DNA from: Flaccisagitta enflata
Lineage: Eukaryota
DNA length: 64,000 bases
Assembly: GCA_965153355.1 (NCBI GenBank)
Contig: OZ231126.1
Span: forward strand, 23,188,001 to 23,252,000
Direction of reading: 5' to 3'
The notes beneath the pieces were generated by a model, which made no database searches, was not told the origin of the DNA, and saw only the letters and a list, made by a program, of their open reading frames with translations. Below, one piece after another: positions 15,201 to 27,945 of the stretch; the first letter of the stretch is position 1, and each line of letters begins with the position of its first letter. A program made the position numbers and the translations under genes.

Positions 15201-16452
15201 CTCAATTTATAGCTCTCAGGCTCTCAGGCTCTCAGGCTCTCTCAAGCCTCAAGTCCACCCTCTCAAGCTTCTGATTGGCATTCTCAGGCCTTACATCAGC
15301 CTCCTTAGACCTCAGTTCGGGCTCTTGAAGGCCTTCAGTCAGCCCTCTATAGCATCTCATCCACTTCTTCAGGTAGGACGAACGAAAGTCCCCCTGTGTT
15401 CTACAGGACTTCGTCCCCTTCGGGGCCGCTGCCCTGCTACCTCTCACTCCAATTTACAATCACTCAAAGCAGGGCAACGGGTATCGCTGACCACATATTG
15501 CCCTTGGGCAACCTGTTCAAGCTTTGAATCTGCCCTCTCTGGCCTAAAATCTACCCTCTCAGTCCAGCTCAGGCCTAAAATCTGCCCTCTCAGATTCAAG
15601 GCCTGAGAAGGCAGATTTCAGGCCTGAGAGGGTAGATTTCAGCCCTGAGAGGGCAGATTTTAGACCAGAGAGGGCCTCGGCGGACAGACAGATGGATGGA
15701 TGGATGGACGAATGAACATAAGTCCCCTGTGTTCTATAGGACTTTGTCCCCTTTGGGGCCGCTGCCCTGCTTCCCCTCACTCCAATTTACAATCATGAAT
15801 AGTCGCAAAAGCGTTAGATGGTCAGCGGTACCCGTTGCCCCTATGTGAGTGGCTGTGGGTGTAAGGTGGTTAAAGGGGCAGCGGCCCCAAAGGGGCTGAT
15901 GACCTATGCTGTTTTAATTTGAGCCTCAAGGCTGGAATTAGGGCCTCGAGACTGGGATTTGAGCCAGAGGGCTGGGATTTGAGCCTTGAGGCTAGGAGTT
16001 GGGTCTTGAGGCTGGGATTTGAGTCTCGAGGCTGGGATTTGAGTCTCAAGGCTGGGATTTGAGCCTCGAGGCTGGGATTTGAGCCTCGAGGCTGGGATTT
16101 CAGCCTTGAGGCTGGGATTTGAGCCTGAAGACTGAGATTTGAGCCTGAAGACTGAGATTTGAGCCTTGATTTAAGCTTCAAGGCTTAGGTGTGAGCCTCG
16201 AGGCTGGGACTTGAGCCTTGAGGCTGGAATTTGAGCTTCAAGGCTGGGATTTAGGCTTCAAAGCTGGGATTAGAGTCTCAAGGCTAAGATTTGGGACTCA
16301 AGGGGGGGACGGAGGAGAAGAAGGAGAAGAAGGAGAAGAAAGAGAAATTTCCCCTAAGTGTGAAAGCATAGGTCATCGGCCCCTTTGGGGCCACTGCCCA
16401 AAAACAAGGCAACGGGTATTGCTGACCACATATTGCCCTTGGGCGACCTGTT
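12212..16452. mobile_element. Nest of HINE-A and HINE-G elements (12926-13411; 13434-14497; 14590-16452 containing 14852-15517 [+] and 15798-16404 [-]) with 20- and 21-bp internal arrays
   Basis: Repeated ttttgggcagcggcccc 5' ends, inverted subterminal copies and gggcaacgggtaccgctgacca 3' motifs; host sequences resume after each insert. Confidence 0.85.
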
Positions 16453-17332
16453 CTTGACTAAATCGACTGAAATCATGATATGATAACTCATTTTGTTCAT
16501 CAAAAGTGCTCTGTATGATTGTATTCATTATGATGATCATCATATTCTGCTTTGACTAAATATGATAGAGCTTGGGAAAGGCCTGATGGAGCTACGGGCA
16601 TGGATCAAGAAATTGGTTTAGGAATAGATACATAATGCCGGGGGCATCGTCTTGGCGTGTTTCTTCAGCCTTGTTATGATACAGTTAAACATTGCTAGGG
16701 CACATCCAATAGTAAAGGAAATCCACCCGTGATGGATATCAATTTAGGGTTCCTTTATATTGTTTTATATCTTTTTTCTGTACTGGCAATATTGGTAATC
16801 CGCCTACCTACAATGGAAAAAAAATGTTAATCCATCAGCATCTATTTTAGCGGGATAGACTGTATTTTCCCCGGATGGCAGTTATATTGAATGAATCATA
16901 AGAGTTGTACAAACTATCTGCTTGCCCTGTTATGTATTGTTACAGCGCGAATAAAAAGAAAAGCTGCAACCATTTGTAGGTAAGTAGAAGAGACAGAAAA
17001 TTGTATGAAAATTTTTTGTTCAATTGATTTTGTAGATTTTTGAATTTTCTTTCATTCCAGACCAATCTCAGGTCTGTATCTCAAACCGTTTAGAAGTTAA
17101 AACTTGTCAAAGTGAACCTCCTTTTTAGAAAAAATGCTCATTTTTTGATAGGGTTGCAAAACTGAAAATGGCAATGTTTTGACTCTTTTTTTATGCCATT
17201 TCTAAACGAGTACAGCTAAAAATGCTACCAGATTGGAGCCAGAAGAAAGTTCTTTTTGAGTGCTTTAAAATAGTTTAAGATTTTACTGAATTATTTTGAA
17301 ATTCAATATGATATATTGTCATTTAAAATTGC

Positions 17333-17707
17333 GTTTTTAGTCGCGTGCACGCGACTCTACACCTTGGTCTGTCGGTCGGTCGGTCCGTCCGTCCGTCCCG
17401 TAACGTTTTTAAATTTTCAACGTCTTTTATCATTTTTTGATATTTTTTAGCATTTTTTAACAGTTTTTAACATTTTTTAATATTTTTTAACATTTTCTGA
17501 CATTTTTGGCATTTTAACATTTCTTAACATTTTTTAACATTCTTTAACATCTTTTTACATTTCTTAACATTTTTAAACATTTCTTAATATTTTTTAACAT
17601 TTTTTAACATTTTTTAACATTACTTACCATTTCTTAACATTTCAACATTTCTTAGCATTTTGTTTGTCATTTCCAGACGCACGCGACTGTTGCCCTCTTG
17701 GGCTTGT
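17333..17707 (+). mobile_element. HINE-C-like element with ~11-bp TTTTAACATTT array
   Basis: 5' tttttagtcgcgtgcacgcgactct; 3' gcacgcgactgttgccctcttgggcttgtt. Confidence 0.85.
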
Positions 17708-17920
17708 TTTTTATTGATTCGTGAGTAGAGACAGTAAGTCAAGTTTCTCTTGGGTCCCTGCTTTTTCAGCCTGAACAGGAATTGGCTAAAACCGGCAGCT
17801 TAAATGTTGCTGTTTGTTAAGGATTTGTGTCAAGTAGCTTCCTAGCCACATTGCATAAAAAAGAACAAATCAAAATATCCTCAACTCTACTTCACTGACA
17901 AATATTTTCACTTTGCGTCA

Positions 17921-18935
17921 TTTTTAGATGCGTCCTCACATCTCTATAAGAGGGTGTGTCCCTACCTACCTAGGTCCATCACAAGAAATTTTCAAAACGC
18001 GATTTCTAAGGTTTTCTCTTGATTTCTGTTATATTTCTTATGTCTCTTTTACCTCTTTCGTCTCTTTTGTCTCTTTTGTCTCTTTTGTCTCCTATACGTC
18101 TCTTATGTCTCCTATGTGCCTCTTATGTCTCTTATTTCTCTTATGTATCTTAGGTCTCATATGTCTCATATGTCTGATATGTCTCATATGTCTATTATGT
18201 CTCTTATGTCTCTTATGCCTCTGTCTCTTTTGTCTCTTTTGTCTCCTATATTTCTCCTATGTGTCTCTTATGTCTCCTATGTCTCTTATGTCTCTTATAT
18301 CTCTTATGTCTCTTATATCTCCTAAATCTCATATATATCTTATGTCTCTTCTATCTCTTACATCTCTTAAGTCTCTTATGTCTCTTATGTCTCTTATATC
18401 TCTTATGTCTCCTCATGTTTCCTCATGTCTCTCTAAGTCCCTTCATGTCTCTTTGTGAGGATGAGGCGGGGGAGGGGTGGGGGAAGGGGTGGAGAGGCGT
18501 GGGGGGGGAGGGGTGGGGAGGTGTGGGGGGAGGGGTGGGGAGGCGTGGGGGGAGGGGTGGGGAGGCGTGGGAGGAGGGGTGGGGGAGGGGTGGGGAGGCA
18601 TGGGAGGAGGGGTGGGGAGGCATGGGGGGAGGAATGGGTGGGGAGGCGTGGGGGGAGGGGTGGGGGGAGGGATGGGGAGGCGTGGGAAGAGGAGTAGGGA
18701 GGGGTGGAGAGGCGTGGGGGGAAGGGTGGGGAGGCGTGGGGGGAAGCGGTAGGGAGGCATCAGGTGGGAGGGGTAGGTTGGGGGGAGGGAGAAATCCGTT
18801 TATATTTTTCTCTTTATCTCTTTATCTTTATATTTTCATATCATTGTATCTTAATATCTTTATATCTTAATAATTTGTATGATAATATCTTACATCTAAA
18901 GAGGACGCATCTATTGGACATCTCTTGGCCTTGTT
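17921..18935 (+). mobile_element. HINE-D element with a 9-bp TGTCTCTTA array and a G-rich array (18455-18790)
   Basis: Subterminal inverted pair agatgcgtcctc (~17926) / gaggacgcatct (18901); 3' ggccttgtt. Confidence 0.85.
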
Positions 18936-19325
18936 TAACTCCAACACGAAACATAAACTCAAAAGTTTCACTTCTCCTGGCTGATACTGTTCTTTTGTTT
19001 CTTAGCATTGTGAAAGTAACCAGCCCAAGAGGTCCTCTTGTCTATGGCCCTGGCCCTTTGTTTCAAAAAGATGAAATTGTCCTATCAAAGCTGTATCTTT
19101 GCCAAAGTGCCAATACATACAGAATGAGTTAAAAGATGCAGTTAGGGAGCTTTACTAAAATGTCACATGTATAGGTAGAGGAGCCTAAACAATTTATGTG
19201 CGCCAGTGAGATGAAAAGGAGTGAATGACAAGAGATGTACTACTATTATTTATTTTTTTATGATACAATGATTTCATTTTGTTTATGGGTGTGCGATCAG
19301 TCCGTGACGCAGAACAATTATGGCC

Positions 19326-20405
19326 TTTTTAGTCTCAGACACGCGACTCTACACCTTGCCGTGTCAGTCGGTCGGTCGATCAGTCGGTCAGTCGGTCAGT
19401 CTGTGGGTTCATCCATCGGTCAGTCACATTTCCGAATTGCAAGCCATTTTTGCCCAACTGTCCGCAACGCTGGTGCCGTGTCTCAGGCCTTGTTCAATAA
19501 ACCTTTTGAATTTTTTCTAAATTAAAGATTCTTAAATGGTCAGCGCTAGTTGCTGACTTGTCCCAACAACATGATTTTTAAGGGCGTCCTCGCACTTCTA
19601 CAAGAGGTCATGTCCGTTGGTTGGTTGGTTGGTTGGTCGGTTGGTCGGTCGGTCGGTCACCCAAATGCGCAAAACGGCTGATTCTGACGTATTTCTTCAT
19701 TCCTATCACCTTTCATGCCTTACCAAATTCATTTTCATTCATTCATTTATTCATTCATTAATCAAAAACGTTCATTCACAAATTCGTAATCAAGCGAGGC
19801 CCACTTATTGGCCTTAACTTGGCCTTGTTTTTCTATGCTTTTGGAAAAACTGTAGGTCGAGTGAACTAATGAGTTTGAACGAATTTGTTACCGACAACAT
19901 AACAATATTGGCATCGTAGTAAAGTGTGCAGGAGGATAGTCTGTTAAAGTCCTTAGTCCTTACATTTTTATGAAAATGTGTATCTTCCTGTCTTTCTTTT
20001 TGTGCATTTATATGTCTATAAACTGTTATTGGGTGAAGGAATTTCTTCGCTGTAAATTCATGCCATTTCTGTGTTTGTCTGCTTTGCTTGCTTGTACAAA
20101 ACATGTCTCTCTTTCTTGTATGTGGCTATGCATATGTTTGTCGTAACAGAGAGTGGTTGTTTGAACCACACCAGTATTGCCCAGCGGCGAGGCCCATTCC
20201 CACAGGCTTGGCATTTTTAGTCGTCTGCTACGCGACTCTACACCCCGCTTTGTCCGTATGTCAAACGGTCAGTCTGTCGTTTGGTCAGTCCGTTATCTTT
20301 TCTATTCCTTTTCCTCACTGCTCCTGCTTAATCACTCGAGTGACCAAAAATATAGCCTCTGCCCCACACGCGCTCGACTGGGGTAGCCATGTAACCGACC
20401 TTGTT
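19326..20405 (+). mobile_element. Three short degenerate HINEs (~19326-19494, ~19575-19830, ~20214-20405)
   Basis: Each has a ttttag-hairpin start, GTCY repeats and a ccttgtt end. Confidence 0.75.
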
Positions 20406-20533
20406 ACAAATGTGGTCAGCTGTTTTTTAGTACACGGAGTAACTTGAAGATGGTAGACCCACTTAGTCTTTTGTTTGAGAATGCTTTTAAGTCACCATCT
20501 GGCATGGGTCTATGGGGAGGGACGTCAGGGACG

Positions 20534-21102
20534 GGCAATCGTCTAGAATCCGGGATTGAGACTTTCAGAGGCCTTTTATTACTGTAGAGGACCTGGGCGA
20601 GAACGACGAATATTAACAACGTTCTTTACGCTGATTGACGAAGTTCTTTTGTGTTTACTTTCATTTCATATTTATCTACAACATTCTTGTCATGTTATTT
20701 TTTGATGATTAAAGTTAGGGGTGGGGTTAGGGTTAGGGTTAAGGGTGGGGTAAGGGTTAGGGTTAGGAGTGGGGTTAGGGTTAGGTGGGTTAGGGTTAGG
20801 GGTGGGGTTAGGATTAGGGTTAGGAGTGGGGTTAGGGTTAGGGTTAGGTGGGTTAGGGTTAGGATAAGGGGGGTTAGGGTTAGGGGATGCATTGGAGTTA
20901 GGGGGTTAGGGTTAGGGTAAGGGGTCTAGGGTTAGGGCTAGGGAGTCAGGGAGTTAGGGTTAGGTAGTTTAGGGGTTAGGGGTGGTGTATCCCATCTTAT
21001 CTTTGTTTTGAATCATGATAGACGTCAGTTTCAATGGAGCTTTTCCATTATGCGTCCTTAATACTAACAGTTTTTCTCAATTCCGGATACGAGATGATAG
21101 CC
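20534..21102. mobile_element. MITE (569 bp) with GG...CC termini, 7-bp TSD AGGGACG and an internal degenerate (TTAGGG)n tract (~20714-20981)
   Basis: TIRs ggcaatcgtctagaatccggga / ttccggatacgagatgatagcc; AGGGACG at 20527-20533 and 21103-21109. Confidence 0.88.
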
Positions 21103-21189
21103 AGGGACGTCGGCGGAGGTCCATGTTTGTCGTACTTACACCCCTGTCGGACTTAAGCACCAGTAGAAAAACAAAGCATAAAATGAAAA

Positions 21190-21855
21190 GAACAAGGCCG
21201 GATACACGGGCCAAGAAGGTGCGCCTGGCGTCAATAATTCTTAGACCTATCCCGAGCTCTATTTGACCCATCCCCAGCTCTATCAGACCTATCACCAACC
21301 TATCACTAACCTATCTCTAACCGTGGCTGAATATGATAATGAATGAAATGACGAGTAACATCGATGACGAACAAAATGAGTTTTCAATTGATTCAAAACA
21401 TTTTCAGCGATTTTTAGTCCCGTGCTACGCGACTCTACACCCCGCTTTGTCGGTCTGTCCGTCCGTCGGTCCGTAGGTCCGTCCGTCGGTCCGTCCGTCA
21501 CACTTTACTTTTTCGGCGTTAATGGGGGTTTTGGCCTTACTGCTCCTGCCCAAATGCTCCACTGACCTGAATTATGGCCCCTGCCCACCCGCACGCGACT
21601 GGGGTAGCCATGTATCCGGCCTTGTTCATTCAAGCGTGACGGACCGACCGACGGATGGACGGACGGAGGGACAGAGCCTCTTATAGAGGTGCTATGGCGC
21701 ACCTAAAAATGTAAGAACAAGGCCAAGTAGGTCAATAAGGTGCGACGTGTGGATCGTCGAACGAATGCGTTACCCGACCGACCGACCAACAGACCAACAG
21801 ACCAACCGACCGACGGACACAGCCAGTTATAGAGGTGCTTTGTCGCACCTAAAAA
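21190..21855 (-). mobile_element. Two HINE-D-type elements (21190-21707, 21715-21855); the first hosts an oppositely oriented HINE-A (21412-21626)
   Basis: aacaaggcc...tatagaggtgctatggcgcacctaaaa; homologous to 56429-57010. Confidence 0.85.
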
Positions 21856-22599
21856 GATAACCGGAGGAGAAAAGGATATTCAGGGGAAGAGAGAATGTGT
21901 GTTTTTGTAACAAATTAGGCTGTCATTTTTTGCATGAGAGTGTAATTCAAGATTAAAAAAGAATCAACGAATAAAGCTTGTCTGACTAATTATTACCTGG
22001 GGATATCTAAAGTTTAAATAGACTTCAACTTACTCCATATCACATTTTTGGGAAAAATATGGAAAATGCCACAAGATAAAATAAGAATCAAAAATCTATA
22101 ATTCAAAAACTATTAATTGCACAGAATTAAATAAACTTCAACTTACTCTATATTCAATTTTTTAGAAAAATGAACAAGGCAGGACACTCGCGGACGGTTG
22201 GGTAGTAGCAGTAATGCAAAAACCGCTCGCGATTCAAAAATGTTACGGACCGACGGACCGACCGACGGACCGACACGGCAAGGTCCGCGACTAAAAAAAT
22301 ACAAAAAAAAATAAAAAAGAAAATTCGAAACATCATACACTTGCAATCATTCATGATCATTCCTTTAAAATTAAATTACTAAAATCTCAATCATAACAAA
22401 CCTGAGCAAAGTGATACAGGCTAACCTCGTTGAGTTTCAGAATTCGTGTTTTGTGGAGATGATAGAGGCCAATTAGCACTGACTGAAACACGATTACTTC
22501 AGTCTTCTATTTTCTTTTGAATCTCAGTTTTCTATTTGAAAAAATTTCACTACCTATTCTTTAGACCGTAAAGCCTTGTTCCAATGATGTGAAGCTATT

Positions 22600-22895
22600 T
22601 CAGGTCTGTGAGGACAAATTTTGGGCCTGAGATGGCAGATTTCAGACCTGAGAGGGTAGATTTCAGGCATGAGATGACAGATTTCAGGCATGAGATGGCA
22701 GATTTCAGGCCTGAGAAGGCAGATTTCAGGCCTGAGAGGGAACATTTCAGGCCTGAGAGGAAGGATTTCAGGCCTGAGAGGGCAAATGGGGGGACAAACG
22801 GAATGACTGACGGACGGACAGACGGACGGACGGACAAACGAAAGTCCCCCTGTGTTCTACAGGACTTCGCCCCCTTTGGGGCCGCTGCCCAAAAA
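22600..22895 (-). mobile_element. Partial HINE-G with 21-bp array (AGATTTCAGGCCTGAGAGGGC)
   Basis: Ends in ggggccgctgcccaaaaa; GACG microsatellite next to the terminus. Confidence 0.8.
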
Positions 22896-24143
22896 GGAAA
22901 TTTGGGGAAAATATAACTTTTTACAGTACCAAATCATAAAACTGTTTTAATAAAAGACAATTTAACACTATTTAAACCTTAACTACATAGTTTTATTGCT
23001 ATATGGGGAAGAAAATCATGGATATAAAAATGCAACGCGTCGCGGGGAAGAAAATCAAAGGCGGGGGGGGGGGGGGAAAATCAAAAGTGACTCAAGAATA
23101 TACACCCCTGCAAAAAAGAGAAAAAGAGTACACATTAGCAAGCATGAGCAAGTAGGAGCAAGCATGCTGAAGTCGCTGATTTTAGCGGGTTTAGCCTACA
23201 TTCCTCTTTTGTCTACTCTCCCTCATGGAAAGTTGGTGTCATGAGACTTTGTATGTTTGATATTGAGCCCTGAACAAACCACAAGAATGAATGAGCAGAC
23301 ATGAGCAAGCATGAGCTTGCATGCTAAAGTCGCTGATTTTAACATGGTCAGCTCAAATGTTAGAATTGCTGTATGCAGGGTGTAGGGATGGTGTTCCCAT
23401 CCATATCGTCCTTTGGTGCTTCCAATAAATCTCATTTTCTCTTTCTCACCAATCTAACCAACGCGACATTTTCAAAAACAACAAGGCTGGATACACGGCT
23501 ACCTTAGTCGCGTGCGGGTGGGCAGGGGCATTGACCGACAAGGTCACTAGTGTGATCGATGAAACATTGGCGAGATGAGAATGAGGAGCAAAATCACGAG
23601 TCAGATGATGAAACATTGGAACCTGCAGCACCAATGTCAACCTCAAAGGCTTACAATCGTGTTTTTGACCTTAATTTTACTTCACGAAGCTTAAAATGCG
23701 CAACAGGAGGACTCTCTACATCTTGTCAATCAAAATGTTTTTACTGAATAAATTGTAGTGGCACCACCAATCTATCAACACAAATTATTTCTTTATTTAG
23801 ATGCGTCATTGCATCTCTATGAGAGGGTCTGTCCAACCGTTAGTCGGCCCGTCTGTCCATCCGTCACTCCGTCCGTCCGTTTCGCCTCCTCTTATATCAT
23901 GCAGTCGAGTTGCCCACCCAGGCTTGTTTCTTTCATTCCGTTCAATACTTTACCCCCTATTAAGGTACAGTGTGATCTCTAGCATTGCTTAAGTGTATTT
24001 CCATTATTATGACTGTTATTTTGAAATGCCTTTAGCTATGCTTTATTGCTCGTCATTATTATAAAGTCATGTCATTGCTAATATCACATTGTAAATAAAC
24101 ATAAATCACAAAGTTTAACATTGTTTGGAATCCCACTAAAAAC

Positions 24144-24343
24144 TTTTTAGTCGCGTGCTACGCGACTCTACACCCCACTTTGTTGGTCTGTCGGTCCGTC
24201 GGTCCGTCCGTCCGTCACACTTTACTTTTTTTAGGTTTTTGGGATTTTTGGCTTCACTGCTCCTGCCCAAATGATCTGGTGACTTCAATTACGGCCCCTG
24301 CCCACCCGCACGCGACTGGGGTAGCCGTGTAACCGGCCTTGTT
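24144..24343 (+). mobile_element. Near-intact HINE-A (~200 bp); other copies at 21412-21626, 34928-35117, 39341-39553 (-), 42823-43030, 54186-54513 and 55709-55920
   Basis: 5' TTTTAGTCGCGTGCTACGCGACT hairpin, GTCC microsatellite, 3' subTIR GCACGCGACT, stem-loop GCCGTGTAWCCGGC, CTTGTT end, T-rich flanks without TSD: the Helentron/DINE-1 architecture. Confidence 0.9.
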
Positions 24344-24859
24344 TCTTTTAATCTTGATCATTTTCTTTTTAAGTATATAGGCTCAGTACATCAATGATTG
24401 TTTTTAGTCGCGTGCACGCGACTATATCACCTGCTCTGTCCGTTGGTTGGTCTGTCTGTTGGTCCATCTGTCGGTCACACTTAGCTTTCATTAGCTTTTT
24501 TTGACGTTTTAAGTTTTTTTAGGTCATTTTATGTCATTTAAAGACAATTTACACTTGGTTTTTTGGTCTTTTAAGTTTTTTGGTCTTTTGGTCTTTTGGT
24601 CTTTTGGTCTTTTGGTCTTTTGGTCTTTTGGTCTTTTGATCTTAACAACCGCACGCAACTGTAAGGTGTTGGCCTCGTTAAAAGTTAAGCCAGAAAAAGT
24701 AAATGAAATGGTAGAAAATATAGAATTTGATTTAACAACACTTGGATTTAACATCCAAAATACCCTGGTCCCCTCAAGGACGTTATATTGAGTTCCCACT
24801 GTATTTACTTTTCTATCACCATATTGAATTCAGCATGTTAAGTGCATGTAGAGGAACAG

Positions 24860-25510
24860 AATATGGAATTTTGGTGTAAAACCTGTTAAAATCAGCGACT
24901 TTGGCATGCAAGCTTATGCTTGCTCATGTCTGCTCATTCATTCTTGTGGATATCTAAGGGCTCAATATCCAACATATAAGGTCTCATGACATTGCCTTTC
25001 CATGAGGCCAAGCAGAAAAGGAGAAACGTTCGCTTAACCCGCTAAAACCAGCGACTTTAGCATGCTTGCTCATGCTTGCTCATATTTGCTCATTAATGCA
25101 CACTTACTCTTTTTTGTCACCATATAGATTCCCATGATGTGTGAGGAGCATGTGGAGGACCAAAATAGGGAATTTTGCATGTAAACTCGCTAAAACCAGC
25201 CAATTTAGCATGCTTGCTCATGCTTGCTCATATTTGCTCATGCGTGCTCGCTTACTCTTTTTTGTCACCATATAGAGTCTCATGATGTTAGATAAGCATG
25301 TGGAGGACCAAAATAGGGAATTTTGCATGTAAACCCGCTAAAACCAGCGACTTTAGCATGCTTGCTCATGCTTGCTCATATTTGCTCATGCATGCTCACT
25401 TACTCTTTTTTGTCACTATATAGAGTCTCATGATGTTAGATAAGCATGGGGAGGATCAAAACAGGGAATTTTGCATGTAAACCTGTTAAAATCAGCGGAT
25501 TTAGCATGGT
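24860..25510. repeat. ~148-bp minisatellite (about 4.5 units); an inverted related copy lies at ~23110-23370
   Basis: gctaaaaccagc recurs at 25041, 25189 and 25337; internal GCTTGCTCAT subrepeats. Confidence 0.9.
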
Positions 25511-26056
25511 CATTTAGAAAAGTGACCCCGCCCCCGTTAAAATCAGCGGATTTAACGTAAAAAATTTTTTACCCCAATTTGGGGCCCCTTAGGGGCGGGG
25601 AGTATCCTAGATTAATGTATCACCAATGTCAGCCCCCTAGGGACCCTTAATGGCCAGAAAATGAAGAAAATTGAAAATGACCTATTTTGAGAAAAATGGA
25701 CATTTAGTTTTTTTACTATATAAACTATGAAAAAATCCTGTTAAAACTGCTGGAATCAGCGAGTTTGAGAGTGGCCCCGCCAATTCCAACAGGTTTGACG
25801 CTCTCCAGCTGCCATTCGGCCTCTAGAAATTGTCAACTTTCTCAAACTACTCATGATAAAAAGGGAAATCCAAATTCCTCTGCAGAACAAAAAGCCAAAG
25901 GATCTGCGATTCTTCCACTTTCTTCCAAATGGTCTTTATTGGAGGAAATGTGTTGGTTTTAAGCAATGAATGATATAACCAGCACGCTTTTACAAAGGTC
26001 AATCGTAGACCAGTATTTCGGAATACCTCGTCATTCTTTCATCAGTGTCTTTGCGG

Positions 26057-27945
26057 AACAAGGCCAACACCTATAAGTCGCGTGCAGGACATAGATAACT
26101 TAAGATGACTTTTATTGACTCAAGATGACTTAAAATGACTCAAGACGACTTTGAATAACTTAAAAAGACATAAAAAGACTGAAATGACTACTTTGACCTA
26201 TTTGACTTAAGTGACATAGAATAACTTAGAATGACTTAGAATGACTTAGAATGACTTAAAATGACTTAGAATAACTTAGGATGACTTAGAATGACTTAGA
26301 ATGACTAGAAATAACTTAAAGTATAATAAACAAGGCCAACACCTATAAGTCGCGTGCGAGACTAAAAATGACTTAGAATGACTTAAAATGCCTTAGAATG
26401 ACTTTTAATCAACATGACTGAATAGGGAGAAATATAAGAAATGAATAAAATGACCAGCAGACATAAATTAGCAGACTTAAACCAGCAGACTTAAACCAGC
26501 AGACTTAAACCAGCAGACTTAAACCAGCAGACTTTAACCAGCAGACTTTAACCAGCAGACTTTAACCAGCAGACTTTAACCAGCAGACTTTAACCAGTAG
26601 ACTTAAACCAGCAGACTTAAACCAGCAGACTTAAACCAGCAGACTTAAACCAGCAGACTTAAACCAGCAGACTTAAACCAGCAGACTTAAACCAGCAGAC
26701 TTAAACCAGCAGACTTAAACCAGCAGACTTAAACCAGCAGACTTAAACCAGCCAACTTAAACCAGCCAACTTAAACAAGCCGACTTAAACCAGCCGACTT
26801 AAACCAGCCAACTTAAACCAGCCGACTTAAACCAGCTGACTTAAACCAGCCGACTAAAACCAGCCGATTTAAACCAGCAGACTTAAACCAGCCAACTCAA
26901 ACCAGCCAACTTAAACCAGCCAACTTAATCCAGCAGACTAAAACCAGCAGACTAAAACCAGCAGACTTAAACCAGCAGACTTAAACCAACAGACTTAAAC
27001 CAGCAGACTTAAATCAGCAGACTTAAACCAGCAGACATAAACCAGCAGACCTAAACTAGCACACTTGAAATGACATGAATGACCAAAACATACCAAAAAA
27101 AAAAATAGACCAAACATACCAAAAAACATAAATGACCAAAAAACCAAAAAAACAAAAACCAAAAAAAACAAAAAAACAAAAAAAAACAAAAAAACAAAAA
27201 TAAAAAAAACCAATAACCATAAAACCAAAACCCAAAAACCAAAAAAAAAAACAAGAAAACAAAAACCAAAAACCAAAAACACAAATGACCAAAAACACAA
27301 ATGACCAAAACATACCAAAAAACTATGTTAAATGAACAAAAACCAAAAAACCAAAAACCAAAAAAAAACAAAAAACCAAAAAACCAAAAAACCAAAAGAC
27401 CAAAAAACCAAAAACCAAAAACCAAAAAACTAAAAAACATAAATGACCAAAACATACCAAAAAACCATGTTAAATGACCAAAAATGACCTGGAATGTCCC
27501 TAAATGACCTAAAATGACTTAAAACTACTTTAAATGCCCAAAAACGACACAAATGACTTAAATGAACAAAGTGACGTAAATGATCAAAAATGATAAAAAA
27601 TGACTAAAAGCAACCAAAAATGACCAAAAACAACAAAAATATGACTCAAAATAACCCCAGACGACCCAAAATGACAAGAAACGACACAAAAAAGAAAAGT
27701 GTTACCAACCAATAGACCAATCTATGGGCCAACCGAATGACGTAAATTATCCAAAATGACCAAAAATGACTAAAAGCAACCAAAAATGACCAAAAACAAC
27801 CAAAAAAATGACTCAAAATAACTTCAGATGACCCAAAATGACCAAAAACGACGCAAAAAAGCTAAGTGTTACCGACCGACGGACCGACGGACGGACGGAC
27901 CGACCGACGGAGCGGGTTGTAGAGTCGCGTGCACGCGACTAAAAA
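26057..27945 (-). mobile_element. HINE-C element(s) with 10-bp (AATGACTTAG), 14-bp (AAACCAGCAGACTT, ~26470-27060) and A/C-rich arrays; 3' end duplicated (26057 and 26329)
   Basis: aacaaggccaacacctataagtcgcgtgc occurs twice; agagtcgcgtgcacgcgactaaaaa at ~27921-27945. Confidence 0.85.

Larger units (their letters stand above)
20503..21980. mobile_element. Second, fragmented copy of the hAT-type MITE of 10006, split by a MITE (20534-21102) and HINEs (21190-21855)
   Basis: catgggtctatggggagggacgtcagggacg start; homology resumes at 21103 and again at ~21880 (gagagaatgtgt...gctgtcattt). Confidence 0.8.

Noticed and set aside
15880-15915. Hammerhead ribozyme suggested by CTGATGA
   Set aside because: Most family copies read CCGATGA or CGATGTC, and no suitably placed GAAA and stems are present.
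20714-20981. True telomere or chromosome-fusion scar
   Set aside because: The tract is degenerate, one-directional and enclosed by TIRs with a TSD.
24144-24343. tRNA-derived SINE reading of the ~200-bp interspersed repeats
   Set aside because: No pol III A/B boxes, tail or TSD; subTIRs, hairpins and T-run insertion fit HINEs.
24860-25510. CRISPR-like regular repeats (also the 14-, 20- and 21-bp arrays)
   Set aside because: Head-to-tail tandem units with no unique spacers, no cas genes, and a eukaryotic context.
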